64,000 nt of DNA, taken from assembly GCA_028534125.1 (NCBI GenBank), contig CM052818.1, forward strand, positions 808,001 through 872,000, in the 5' to 3' direction. Position 1 is the stretch's first letter; the number at the start of each line of letters is the position of its first letter. Under the pieces are notes generated by a model. That model was not told where the DNA came from. It ran no database searches and worked only from the letters and a program-made list of their open reading frames with translations. A program made the position numbers and the translations under genes. The stretch comes from Lama glama. Taxonomy: Eukaryota. Positions 27,501 to 39,990 of the stretch are shown in pieces.

Positions 27501-29252
27501 TGTTTCACCTGTTGAATTGGATGACTGTCTGGCAACTCTTGTTGGTACAAAATACTGGGCTTCTCTCTATATGCGTAAGAAGTAGAGGGGACTGTTGATG
27601 TCCCAGTCTTATGCTCAGCGAATACAGGCGCAGCTGAAACTTTCTGAACCTGTTCAATGAGATGACTATCTGGCAACTCTTGCTGGTACAAAATACTGGG
27701 CTTCTCTCTATGTGAGTAAGAAGTAGAAGTTACTGTAGGAATCCCAGTCTTCTGCTCAGGGGGCCCAGGAGCTGCTGAAGCTTGTTGAACCTGTTGAATT
27801 GGATGACTGTCTGGCAACTCTTGTTGGTACAAAATACTGGGCTTCTCTCTATATGCATAAGAAGTAGAGGGGACTGTTGATGTCCCANNNNNNNNNNNNN
27901 NNNNNNNNNNNNNNNNNNNNNNNNNNNNNNNNNNNNNNNNNNNNNNNNNNNNNNNNNNNNNNNNNNNNNNNNNNNNNNNNNNNNNNNCAACTCTTGTTGG
28001 TACAAAATACTGGGCTTCTCTCTATATGCGTAAGAAGTAGAGGGGACTGTTGATGTCCCAGTCTTCTGCTCAAGGGGCCCAGGAGCTGCTGAATCTTGTT
28101 TCACCTGTTGAATTGGATGACTGTCTGGCAACTCTTGTTGGTACAAAATACTGGGCTTCTCTCTATATGCGTAAGAAGTAGAGGGGACTGTTGATGTTCC
28201 AGGCTTCTGCTCAGCGAATACAGGCGCAGCTGAAACTTTCTGAGCCTGTTCAATGAGATGACTGTCTGGCAACTCTTGCTGGTACAAAATACTGGGCTTT
28301 TCTCTATATGAATAAGAAGTAGAGGGGACTGTTGATGTCCCAGTCTTCTGCTCAAGGGGCCCAGAAGCTGCTGAATCTTGTTTCACCTGTTGAATTGGAT
28401 GACTGTCTGGCAACTCTTGTTGGTACAAAATACTGGGCTTCTCTCTGTATGGGTAAGAAGTAGAAGTTACTGTAGGAATCCCAGTCTTCTGCTCAGGGGA
28501 CCCAGGAGCTGCTGAAACTTTCAGTGCCTGTTTGGTCAGATGACTTTCTGGCAATGTCTTCTGATAGAAAATACTGGGCTTCTCTCCATGTAAGTAAGAA
28601 GTAGGGGATGTAGCAGGTATCCCAGTCTTCTGGTCAGCTGGTCTAGGAGAAGCTGAAACTTTCAGAGCCTCTTCAGATGGATGACTGCCTGGCAAGGCAG
28701 GTTGGTAGAAAATACCAGGCTTCTCTCCAGGGACAACTGAACCTTTCAGAGCCTCTTCAGTTTGATGACTGCCTGGCAATGCCTGTGGGTAGAATATACT
28801 GTACTTTTCTCCAAGTGAGTAGGAACTTGGAGGGACTGTAGGTATGCCAGTCTTCTGATCACCAAGTCCAGGAACAGTTGAAACTTTTAGAGCCTCTGCA
28901 GTTAGATGATTGTCTGTCAAGGCCTGTGGGTAGAAAATACTTGGCTTCCCTCTTTGTGAGGAGGAACTAAAGGGCAATGATGCTATACCAGTCTTCTGGT
29001 CAGCTAGTTCAGGAACTGCTGAAACTTTTAGAGTCTCTTCAATTAGATGACCATCTGCCAATGCCTGTTGGTTGAGAATATCAGTATACTGACCAATAGT
29101 CTTCACTTGAGGAGACCTTACAGCCAACCGAGGAAAGTCTTCAGGGGACAAGGATAAATGAGATCCAATGTCTGAATCTTCAGGAGTGGTAGTGATACCT
29201 GGTTTCAAGTTGGGTTGAGGAATTTCAGCTATGCCTCCTTTGGAAGTATCTC
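24508..29252 (-). CDS. ALMS1: ALMS1 giant tandem-repeat exon (exon 8 equivalent); contains a 100-N gap
   Basis: ttcttaag|GA GAT ACT TCC AAA (GDTSKGGIA) through CGA G|gtagga. ORFs 27730..29208 and 24497..27832 carry 47-aa repeats and the KTLKEIRTLL...SVDSLAAHVKNLL region. Confidence 0.95.
25440..29090 (-). repeat. Coding tandem repeat, ~141-nt (47-aa) unit, about 27 units visible, some truncated
   Basis: Recurrent EKPSIxYQQELPDSH...ALKVSAxPGPADQKTG motif in the translation. Known ALMS1 repeat domain. Confidence 0.93.
27888..27987. other. Assembly gap (100 N) inside the exon 8 repeat
   Basis: N run. Confidence 1.
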
Positions 29253-29283
29253 CTTAAGAAAAAGAGATTTGTTAATGTTGTTA

Positions 29284-29285
<2 letters not shown>

Positions 29286-29316
<31 letters not shown>
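29286..29316. repeat. (AC)15 microsatellite just upstream of the exon 8 acceptor
   Basis: Read directly from the sequence. Confidence 0.95.
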
Positions 29317-29320
<4 letters not shown>

Positions 29321-29574
29321 TTTTGAATTTTAAAAATATCTCTTTTATACACTAAAAGAAATACAGTAAGCTTTCCTTTCTTGGGCCTTTATACTTCTAC
29401 AAAGGAATCCTAAGGAAATACTCATCAGAAGAAATAAAAATTTACAGACAAAGATATTAAATACAAAGCAATTTGTAAGAGCAAATTAATATAGAAATAA
29501 TTTAAATATTCAACAAGAGCAATTAAAAAATAAGTATATATATTTGATGGCACATTATATGGATCTTGAAATTT

Positions 29575-29860
29575 GGATTTTAAATACTTTTCTGTGTGAT
29601 GAAAAAATCCTGTCTACCATGGAGTTTGATCTCACCCTACTAATAAGGCTAATAATGAAGGCTGTTATTGTGTTGTGTATGTTGGCAGAAGACACGAGGC
29701 TCTTCAGAGACAGAGTACTTTATTCCATGGCATAGCAAAGGATCATCAGCTTATTTTCATGAAACCCTCTTTCCCCCAAGTCATATATGAAGGCAAAGCA
29801 GTACAGCCCTGATGGAGGCTATGCACGCCTTAGGTATAACAGACTCTCCTAATAAGCACA
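29575..29860 (-). mobile_element. Probable old solo-LTR fragment
   Basis: ggcagaagacacgagg...cagagacagagtactttatt motif with a minus-strand AATAAA. Family uncertain. Confidence 0.4.
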
Positions 29861-30434
29861 TCCTGAATAAGATATGTATTTTTAATTACATGAAACTGCA
29901 AAGACTCTAAAGTTTACACTAAGAAGTTTGAAACTAATTCTACATAGTATGGGAAGTTGTTCACAGATTTGATCAGAACTATACTGCAGAAATACAGATT
30001 CAAGATGAGTGGAAGGGAATGCAAAAGTGTAAGTAGCACTATCTAAGAGAACCTTCTGTAACAATGGCAATGTTCTGTATTTCTACTAATACAGTAATTC
30101 TAAATAAAAGTAGTTCTAAATAGCAGTGGAAAGTAAATGACTGCAATAGAAATGACAAGTTTTAGCAAGTAATGCACTCATTCATTTACTGATTCAAAAA
30201 AATGAATTTTGACTATGTGCCAGTCACTGTTATTGATATAGGAAATACACAGACAAAGTTTACATTCTAATTCTGCCTCACAAAGCTTATTCTAATAGCC
30301 TCGAGGAAGCAGGCAATAAAAAAAACTGGTAAAACATATGGTATGTCAGATGGTGATAGGATGGTTAACATATACAGCAAGTATTATCTATATTTTACAT
30401 ATAGGGAAATTAAGTTTCAGAGATGATGATATAA

Positions 30435-30580
30435 CAGTGCTTCTCAGTGTGGAGAACTTGTTAACTTGCAGATTCTGGTAAGTAAGTAGGTCTTGGGGTG
30501 GGATCTGAAATGCCACATTTCTAACAAGCCTTCTGGTACTGTTCAATACTATTGGTCCTCAGACTACATTTTGAGCAGTC
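30435..30580. mobile_element. MER5A-like hAT MITE
   Basis: cagtgcttctca...gcagattctgg...catttctaacaagc...cattttgagcag. Confidence 0.65.
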
Positions 30581-30889
30581 AAAATATATAATTTTTCTAG
30601 AGTTGTACATTGAGTAAATGACAAAAACAGGCATTTTCACCTTTTAATTCTAACTTCAAAGTCTGACCTCTTTCACTACAACTGACTGTCATTTTAAACC
30701 CACTGGTGGGCTTCAAAACAGCTGAATGAATATAGGATGAAACAGTCTGAGAAGTGATTTTAAGGTAAAGAAGTAGAGTACCAAGTCATAACTACTAACT
30801 CTTCAAGAAAACTAGAAGAGAAGGGAGAATGTAACCTGCATAGTAACTTGAGAAGGAATATGGGTTATAGAAATTTTTGAGGAAAAAGA

Positions 30890-33870
30890 ACAGCTCGAGA
30901 AATTAATAAATCAACACAGATGACAAACTGAACAACAAACAGGTCAAAGGAAAAATTAAGAGGAAATAAATACCTGGAGACAAATGAAAATGGAAATACA
31001 ACATACTAAAACTTAGGGGATGCAGCAAATGCAGTTTAAACAGGAAAGTTGTAGTGATAACTGTCTACATCAAGAAATAAGAAAAACCTCAAATGCACAA
31101 CCTAACTTTACAGCTCAAAGACCTAGAAAGAGAAGAACAAGCAAAGCCCAAAGTCAATAGAGGAAATAACAAAGATCAGACTGGAAATAAGTGAAATAGA
31201 GAGTAAAAAGACAATATAAAGATTAGTGAAATTAAGAGCTGGTTCTTTAAAAAGATAAATAAAATTGACAGTCCTTTAGCTAGACTCATGAGGAAAAAAA
31301 GGACTCAAACTCAGAAATGAAAGCAATGTTACAAATAATACCATAGCAATAATAAGGATAAGAGACTACTGTGAACAATTACAGGCCAGTAAATTTGACA
31401 ACCTAGAAGAAATGGATAAATTCCTAGAAACATACAACCTACCAAGTCTCAGTCATGGAGAAACAGGAAATCTGAACAGACTAGTAAGGAGATTGAATCA
31501 GTACCCAAAATGTCCCAGCAAACATCCATGACCAGATGGTTTCCCTGCTGAATCCTACAAGACATTCAAAGAATTAATACCAATCCTTATCAAAATTTTC
31601 TAAAAAATAGAAGATAAGGGAACATTTCCAAACTCATTTTACAAAGCCAGCATTATCCTGATAGGAAAACCAGCAAGGACATTACAAGGAAAGAAAATAA
31701 CAGGCCAATATTCCTGATGAATACAGATGTAAAAATCCTCAACAAAATATCAGCAAACCAAATTCACTAATACGTTAAAGGAGTCGTACACATGGATCAA
31801 GTAGGAATTATTTCAGGGATGCAAGGATGGTTCAACAACCACAAGTTAATCAATGAGATACATCTTGTTAACAAAATGAAGGTTAAAAATCATAGGATCA
31901 TCTTAATAGATGCAGAAAAAGCATCTGACAAGATTTACCATCCACTTATGGTAGAAACTCTCAAGAAAAGGGATACAGAGGGAATGTAATTCAACATAAT
32001 AAATGCCATATATGACAGGCACACAGCTAACATCATACTCAATGGAGAAAAGCTAAAAGCTTTTCCTTTAAGATCAGAAAAAAGACAAGGATGCCCACTC
32101 TTACTACTTATACTCAGCATAGTATTAGAAGTCCTAGTCAGAGAAATTAGGCAAGAAAAAGAAAAAAGGCATCCAAGGTGGAAATCAAGAAGTTAAACGG
32201 TCTCTATTTGCAGATGACATGATACTACATATAGAAAATTCTAAAGACTCCATCAAAACCTGAATTTAGTAAAGCTGCAGGATATCAAATCAATATGCCA
32301 AAAAGTTGCATCTCTATGCATTAATGATAAATGATCAGAAAAAGAAATTAAGACAACAATCCCGTTTACAAGCACATCAAAAAGAGTAAAATACCTAGGA
32401 ATAAATTTAACCAACGAGGTGAAAGCAAGTAACTGAAAACTATAAGACCCAGTTGAAATAAGTGGGAAAAGATAAAAAGAAATGGAAAACATAGTCTCTG
32501 CTTATGGATTAGAAGAATTAACACTGCTAAAATGTCCATATTACCTAAAGTAACCTACAGATTCAATGCAGTCCCTATAAGAATATCAGTGGCATTTTTC
32601 ACAGAAATAGAAGAAACAATCCTAAAACTTGTATGAAACCACAAAGGACCCTGAATGTTCAAAGCAATCTCCAGAAATAAGAACAAAAAGCTAGAGGTCT
32701 CACACTCCTTAATTTCAGATTTTCAAATAGTCATCAAAAGAGCATGACATTGGCAGAAAAACAGATACACAGATCACTGCAACAAAATTGAGAGTCCATG
32801 CTACACTTATATTGAGAATTACTGTAAGACAAACGAGCAAAAAACATACCATGGAGAAAGGACAGTCTGCGCTGTAACTGGTGTTCGGAAAACTGGACAG
32901 CAACATGCAAAAGAATGAAACTAGACCACCATCTAACACTATACACAAAAAGTAACTCAAAATGTATTTAAGGCTTCAATGTAAGACCTGAAACCATAAA
33001 ATTCCGAGAAGAACACATAGGCAGTATACTCTTTGCCACCATTCTTAGCACTGTCTTTCTGGTTATGTCTCCTTAGGCAAGGGAAACAAAAGCAAAAATA
33101 AACAAGAGGAACTACATCAAACTAAAGAGTTTCTGCACCATAAAGGAAACCATCAACAAAGTGAAGAGACAACCTACCACATAGGTGAAGATATTTGCAA
33201 ATCAAATTCACTAAGACTCTAATATCCAAGATATGTAAAGAACTTATACTACTCAACAACAAGAAAAAACAACCCGATTAAAAAACGGACAGAGGACCTG
33301 AACAGACACTTTTCCAAAGAAGACATACATATGGCTAACCAATACATGAAAAGATGTTCAACATCATTAGTTACTAGGCAAATACAAATCAAAACCACAA
33401 TGAGACTATCACTTCACATTTGTTGAAACAGCTATTATTCAAAAGGCAAGAAATAACAAGTGTTGGCGAGGATGTGGAGAAAAGGAGACTCTTGTGCACT
33501 GTTGGTGGGAATGTAACTTCGTGCAGCCACTATGGAAAACAGTATGGTGATTCCTTAAAAAACTAAAAATAGACTTACCATACGATCCAGCAATCCCACT
33601 CCAGGGCATGTATCTGGATAAAATTCTAATTCGAAAAGATACATGCACCCCAGTGTTCACAGCAGCACTATTTACAATAGCCAAGACATGGAAACAACCT
33701 TACATGTCCATCGACAGATGGTTGGATAAAGAAGATGTGACACACACGCCTATGTGTGTCCGGGGATACTCAGCCATAAAAAGGAATGAAATAACGCCAC
33801 TGGCAGCATGCTAAATGAAGTTAGTCAGAGAAAGAGAAACATCATATGATATCACTTATATGTGGAATGT
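30890..33870 (+). mobile_element. L1 ORF2 through partial 3'UTR
   Basis: DQVGIISGMQGWFN peptide, tctatttgcagatgacatgat (LFADDM) and C-terminal motifs. Confidence 0.9.
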
Positions 33871-34194
33871 AAATAATCTCCCCAGCTGGTAGGGGAACGA
33901 AACCTATCTGGTTGAGGACTAGGTAGATTGCAGCTGGTCTGATTAACGGGAGAACTAGCCAGGTGGGGAGCCTTTACCTCTGGGTGGAGGGCATAGCTGG
34001 CCAGAGCAACAAAACTCGTGGTAAGGCCTTCTGTGGCCCTCGAGATTCAGATGTCAAGACTGCACATAATACTGAATCTAATTTTAGGCCTTACAGCACA
34101 ATACTATCATTCAGGAGCTTAGGGTCTTTTGGGAAGAATGAGATGTAACCAAGTAATTAAATTGGTACAATTAGACACATCAATAGAAATAATG

Positions 34195-34330
34195 GTGGGG
34201 AGGGGATAGCTCAGTGGCACAGAGTGTGCTTAGCATACACAAGGTCCTGCTCAACCCCCAGCACCTCCATTAAAATACACATAAATAAGCAAACAAACCT
34301 AATTACCTTCCTCCCCACCCCCCCAAAAAA
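34195..34330 (+). mobile_element. tRNA-Ala-derived SINE (camelid vic-1-like)
   Basis: ggggatagctcagtgg..agagtgtgcttagcatacacaaggtcctg..caacccccagcacctcca followed by an A-rich tail. Confidence 0.8.
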
Positions 34331-34379
34331 GAAATATTACATATGGTAAAGAGGTGAACACAGAGGATGTCTTGGGAGA

Positions 34380-37300
34380 GAGGATGCATCTGTCTAGTTC
34401 CCCACTTTTAAAGATTTACCACAGGCGTGGCAGGCTGAGAAAAAAATGCTATAATCAACCCCAACTCACAGATTGAAGAGGCAATCCAAGAAGACCAGGG
34501 AAAACCACCCCTACCCAACACCACAGAGAAGGGATGTGTTACTCCAGTATAAATGGGGCACTGACCCAACCCCCAGAGCAAAGTCACAAAGCTTTTCCCC
34601 AGGAGGAGAGACAAGCTGAAAGAAGAGGGATCTCCACACATCTCCATAAGGAGACTGACTGTATTCGGAATAAAGCATGGGGAAGTTCAAGCTTAAGGAC
34701 ACTCAAAAACAATGGTGATTTTAGTGGTAAGCAATTAAGAGGAAGCTAGTAGATACATGATTCAAATAAGCCATACAGCAGACAAGCTAGAAGTTTAAAA
34801 GAAAGCCCAAGACTGACCTAAAAGACTATCTCTGAGAAAGGGCTTGACACTGACTGGATCAGACTATGGAGTAATTTATGCCTCAAGGCATTGCTGAATT
34901 GTTGAAAACAATACAGCAATCAGCTAGCTAGCAGTAAGTTGAGGCTAACAGCTGTTACCAATAGTGGACAACAAGCAAGAAGATTAATAGGGAGATGAAA
35001 AAAGAGACAATAAAAGAGAACTGTTAAAACCACAGTCATAGGAGAGGGGATGGAGGGAGATCACAGGTCAGGGAGGCTATACACATATCAAAGACTCTAC
35101 TTTCTGGAGGGGAAATTCAGAAGATGTATACTGCAGGGGAAACAGACTTGGCTGAACTTGTCCAACCCAGTCACTAGACTAGCAAAACAGTAACAAATAT
35201 TCCCAGCCCAGAGAGGGAATCAGTATCCAGAGCAGCAATACTATATTATCTAAAATCTTCAGTTTATATAAAAAATGTTGTCTACTCTAAATAGAAAAGA
35301 AGCAGGAAGCTACAAAAATGAGACACTTATAACTGGAAAGGTGATAACTACCATAAATTACAAACAGAATAAACATGAAATTGTAAAAGAAGACATCTAA
35401 ATCATTAAGAGTGGGAGAGGGAAGCAAGAAAATACAATAAAAAATTTTGATACATGCAAAGAGAAAGAAAAGTGACCCATTCACATGAAAAAAGCAAGTA
35501 AGCAATAGAAACCGCCTTTAAGGGGACCCACATGTTGGACTTAGCCAGCAAAGACTTCCAAACAGTTACTATAAATATGTTCAAAGAAGAAAAGGAAATT
35601 ATGCTTAAAAATTAAAAGAAGGTAATGGCAATGTCTCATCAAACAGAAAATAAACTAACAAAACTTATTAAAGAAACAAATGAAAATTCTGGGTTTGAAA
35701 ACTATAACTGAAATGAAAAATTTCCTAGAGGCTCAACAGTAAATAGGGACAGACAGAAGAATCAGTGAACATGATGATGCAATCTGAACGGCAGCAAAAG
35801 AAGAATAAAAACGAACAAAGGCTCAGAGAGCTATAAGATGAAATGCACTGGCATATATATAATGGGGGACACTGAAAGAAATAATGGCCAAAAACTTCCC
35901 AAACTTGATGAAAAACATTACCCTATACACATCTGAGAATCCCAATGAACTCAATGAAGGATAAACAGACAGATCCACACCAACACATCATCATCAAAAT
36001 GCTGAAAGACAAAGTATATCCTGAAAGCAGCAATAAAAAATAAATCACATACAAGAGAACACTAGTAAGAATAGCTGATTTCTCGTCAAAAACAATAAAG
36101 GGTGAATACAATGGAAAGAAATATTCAAACTGCTGAAAGAAGACGATTTTGTTAACCAAGAATTCAAAATGCAGCAAAACTATCTTTCAAAAAGATGAAA
36201 TAAAAACATTCCCAGATATACAAAAGCTGACTGAGAGAATTTGTTGATAGCAAGCTCATCTTGCAAGGAAAACTAAAGGAAATTCTTCAGGCTGAAAGCA
36301 AATGACATCAAGCGGTAATTCCAATTTAATAACACAACAAATAGTGCTAGTAAAGATAATTATGTTACAAAAAGACAGCATACTTGCATACTTCCATTTC
36401 TTCTCTTAAATAATTTTAAAAGTAACTTTACATAAAGCAGTATATATATAATTATTATTGGGACTGTAACATATAGAAATGTAACATAGTCAACAATAAA
36501 ATGAAAAGAAGGTACATGGGAGCAAAGTTAGAGTGGAGCAAGAAAATAATACTAGATGGTAATAAGTCCACAGGAACAAATAAAGAGAATAAGGAATGGT
36601 AAATTAGAATATTACTATAACAAGCTCTATAAATAAATACTTGCTCTAATTCAGCTTCTTGAAAATACATAAAACTATATAATTATAACAATGTAGCAAT
36701 GTATTCCTGAGTTTGTAACACAGATGTAGTATGTATCACAATAATAGCACACACAAAAAAGAAGAGGGAATAGAGCTATGTAGGAGTTAATCTCTGCATC
36801 ACACTAGAATTAAGATAGTATAAATCAGAAGTATGTTCTGGTATATTAAGAAATTCTGTATGCCCTAGAATAACCACTAATAATGTAATATAAAAAATTA
36901 GCTGGAAAATCATTAAAGAAATTAAAATACTGAAAAATATTCACTTAATGCAATAAAAAGCAGTAAAGGGGGGGTGGGTACAGTGGTAGAGGTAGAGTAC
37001 ACGCTTAGCATGCATGAAGTCCTAGGTTTAATTCCTAGTACCTCCATTTAAAAATAATTAAAAATTAAAAATAAATGGATAAAATTAAAAAATAAAAAGC
37101 AGTAAAGGAGGAACTGAAGAACAAAAAAGATGTAAGACACATGGAAAATAAAAAGTAAACTAGCAAATGTAAATTCAATCTTATCAGTAATTACATTAAA
37201 TGTGAATGGATTAATCACATCAAAGGGTAAAGTTTATCAGCCTGGATTAAGAAAAAAAAGATACAACTATAAACTGTTTACAAGAGATACACCTCAGGTT

Positions 37301-39420
37301 CAAAAGTACAGGTAGGCTGAAAGTAAAGGGATGAAAAAAGATATGCCATACCAGCAGCAACCATAACAACTGGAGTGTCTATACTGATATAAGACAAAAT
37401 AGACTTTAAAACAAACAAAAAAATGTTACTAGAATTAAAGAGGAACAATGTATAACAACAAAAAGGTCAATTCAATGGGAATATATAACAATTATAAACA
37501 CAAATACACTTAATATCAAAGTCTCAAAATAAATGAAGCAAATCTGACAGAAAAGAGAGAAACAGACTATTAAACAATAATAGTTGGAGACTTCAATACC
37601 CTACTTTCAAAAATGGAGAAAACTAGCAGAAGATCAACAAGGATACAGAAGACTTGAACACTATAAACCCACTAGAACTCAGAGACATGTATAGAACATA
37701 CAACCTAACAACAGCAGAATGCAGATTCTTCTCAAGCACAAATGGTACATTCCACAGGATACACAACACAATAGGACAACAAAAAGCCTCAATAAAATTT
37801 AAAAGAACTGAAATCCTAGAAAGTACATATTCTCCAATAAAAAATGGAATTAAATGAGATATCAATAACAAAAGAAAATTCAAAAATGTGGAAATTAAAC
37901 CACACTTCCAAATAACAAAGGGGTCAATGGAAAAAAAATAGAAATTAGGAAATAGTTTAGGTGAATTAAAACAAAAACACAACAAACCAAAACGTAGGGC
38001 ACGCAGCTAAAGTAGAAATGTATCAATGTAAATACCTATATTGAAAAGAAAAATCTCAAATCAAGAACCTAATCTTTCACCAAAAGAAACAGTAAAAAGC
38101 ACAAACTAAAACTGAAGCAAATGGAAGAAAGAAAATAAAGACTAAAATGGAAATAAATAAAAGAGATTTAAAAAGCAGAGAAAACAGGGATTAGAAAAAA
38201 AGGAGTAATCAAAATTTCTTTGAAAAGATCAACAAAAGTGACAAAATTAGGCTAGATGAGAGAGAACTATATTAAAATCAGGAACGAAAGATGGGTCATT
38301 CTTATCATTCTTACAAAATAAAAAGGATTATATGGGAATACCATGAACAGCTATACAAATTAGATAACCTAGCTGGAATGGACAAATTCCCTGAAAAACA
38401 TAAATTAAGAAAACTGATTCATGAGAAATATAAAATCTAAATACACTTTAGCCAGTAAAGAGATGGGATTAGTAATTCCAAAACTTCTACAAAGAACAGG
38501 CAGCTCCACAGTAACTTCTATCCAAGAATGAATACCAATCCTTTACAAACTCTTCCAAAAGGCAGAACTAGAATTCCCAGCACAACTTATGATACAAGTG
38601 TTACTCACGTATCAAAACCCAGTATCTATTACGAATATAATCATAAAATTCCTTTAAAAATTACTGGTAAAATGAATCCAACAACATAAATAAAAGACTA
38701 TATGCCATAACCAAGTAGCATATATAACCAGGAATGCAAGATGGCTTGACATATGAAAACTAATTAATAATGCACCATAACATTAGAATAAAGAACAAAA
38801 ACCATACAAACATTATAAAAAATGCAGAAGAAGCATCTGACAAAAATTAACATCCTGCCACTCTAAAAACTACTAATAAAAAGGGACTTCAACCTGATAA
38901 AGCACATTTGCAACAATCCTTCAGCTAACATGATAAAAAACTTGATACCCTCCCACAAAAACCAGCACAAGACAAGGTTGTCTGCTCCTGCCACTACTAT
39001 CCAGCATTGTACTGTGGGGTCTAGTCAGGGCAATTGGGGAAATGAAATATACAAAAAGCATCCATACTAGAAAGGAAGAAGTAAGACTATCTATAATTGC
39101 TGATGAGATATATATTCTATATATTTTTACATATAAAAATTATGAGAAAACCACACAAAAAATTATTAGAAATAATAAGTAGTTCAGCAAAACTGTAGGC
39201 TACAAGATGAACATACAAAATTAAACTGTATTTCTATACACTAGCAATGAATATTCCGAAAGTCAAATTCAGAAAACTTTTCCTTTTACAATAACATCAA
39301 AAAGATTAAAATATTTGGAATTAATATAATGAAGAAGTACAGGAGTTGTACACTACAAAACATTGTTGAAAGAAATGAAGAAGCTGTAAATAAATAGAAA
39401 GACACCCCATGTTCACAGAT
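34380..39420 (+). mobile_element. Old L1M, 5' region through ORF2, heavily decayed
   Basis: ORF1 motifs (aaacttcccaaacttgatgaaa), endonuclease motif ggagacttcaatacc (GDFNT), and RT remnants. Confidence 0.8.
36970..37090 (+). mobile_element. tRNA-Ala-derived SINE (vic-1-like) with an 18-bp TSD
   Basis: tRNA-like head; TSD aataaaaagcagtaaagg at 36952-36969 and 37091-37108. Confidence 0.88.
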
Positions 39421-39899
39421 CAACTCCTTTTGCTTGTCTTTGGTCAGTTCCATCTCCTATTCACTTCAACATAAATTCTAAGCCTTCAACAAGTCACTCT
39501 CCTCAAACCTCCTAACTCATCTCCCACCACTCTCCCCGTCCCTTTGCAGACAATCTTGCTTTCTACCTCAAAACTAATTTCTCAGTTTCCTCTCTAAAAA
39601 CTTATTTGTATCCACTCTTGTGCTCATTTAATTCCCTTTTCCCTTCAAGTCACAGAAAGGAATATAGAAACAAATTGACTCTAATATCAGACTCTTTCAT
39701 CTAATTCAGTTCTAAACATTGTCATGAAGAATGCAATGAAAAATCAAATGGTTCATGAATAAAAGATCTAGGGATTTATAAATACACCTAATCCAAAGTT
39801 AACATTATTGCAGGAGTTCAACAGTTAAAAAAAAAAAAGCCATAGCAAGGTATTTTTAACAAGCTCGCCATAAGGACACAATACCCACATCTCTAATAC

Positions 39900-39990
39900 C
39901 TGTTAAATGTTTGAGAGTCCTTGGCACAGTGTCAGGAGACACCCTCAACATTCTGAGATCTGAAGAGTGATACTCCAACTCTCTAGTTGG
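39900..39990 (-). CDS. ALMS1: ALMS1 coding exon (exon 7 equivalent), 91 nt; possible 5' extension to 40059
   Basis: cataag|CCA ACT...ACA G|gtatta. Encodes PTRELEYHSSDLRMLRVSPDTVPRTLKHLT. Confidence 0.9.

Noticed and set aside
27730..27990. Apparent frameshift or pseudogenisation of ALMS1 exon 8 (two overlapping ORFs)
   Set aside because: The frame change falls in a 100-N placeholder; repeat spacing implies a frame-restoring true length.
25440..29090. Regular ~141-nt repeats resembling a CRISPR-like array
   Set aside because: Whole units are homologous, there are no unique spacers, and they are in-frame coding repeats of a eukaryotic gene.
34195..34275. tRNA-Ala gene (similar sequences at ~36970 and ~54110)
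   Set aside because: Degenerate stems and B box, A-rich tails and TSDs show these are SINE copies.
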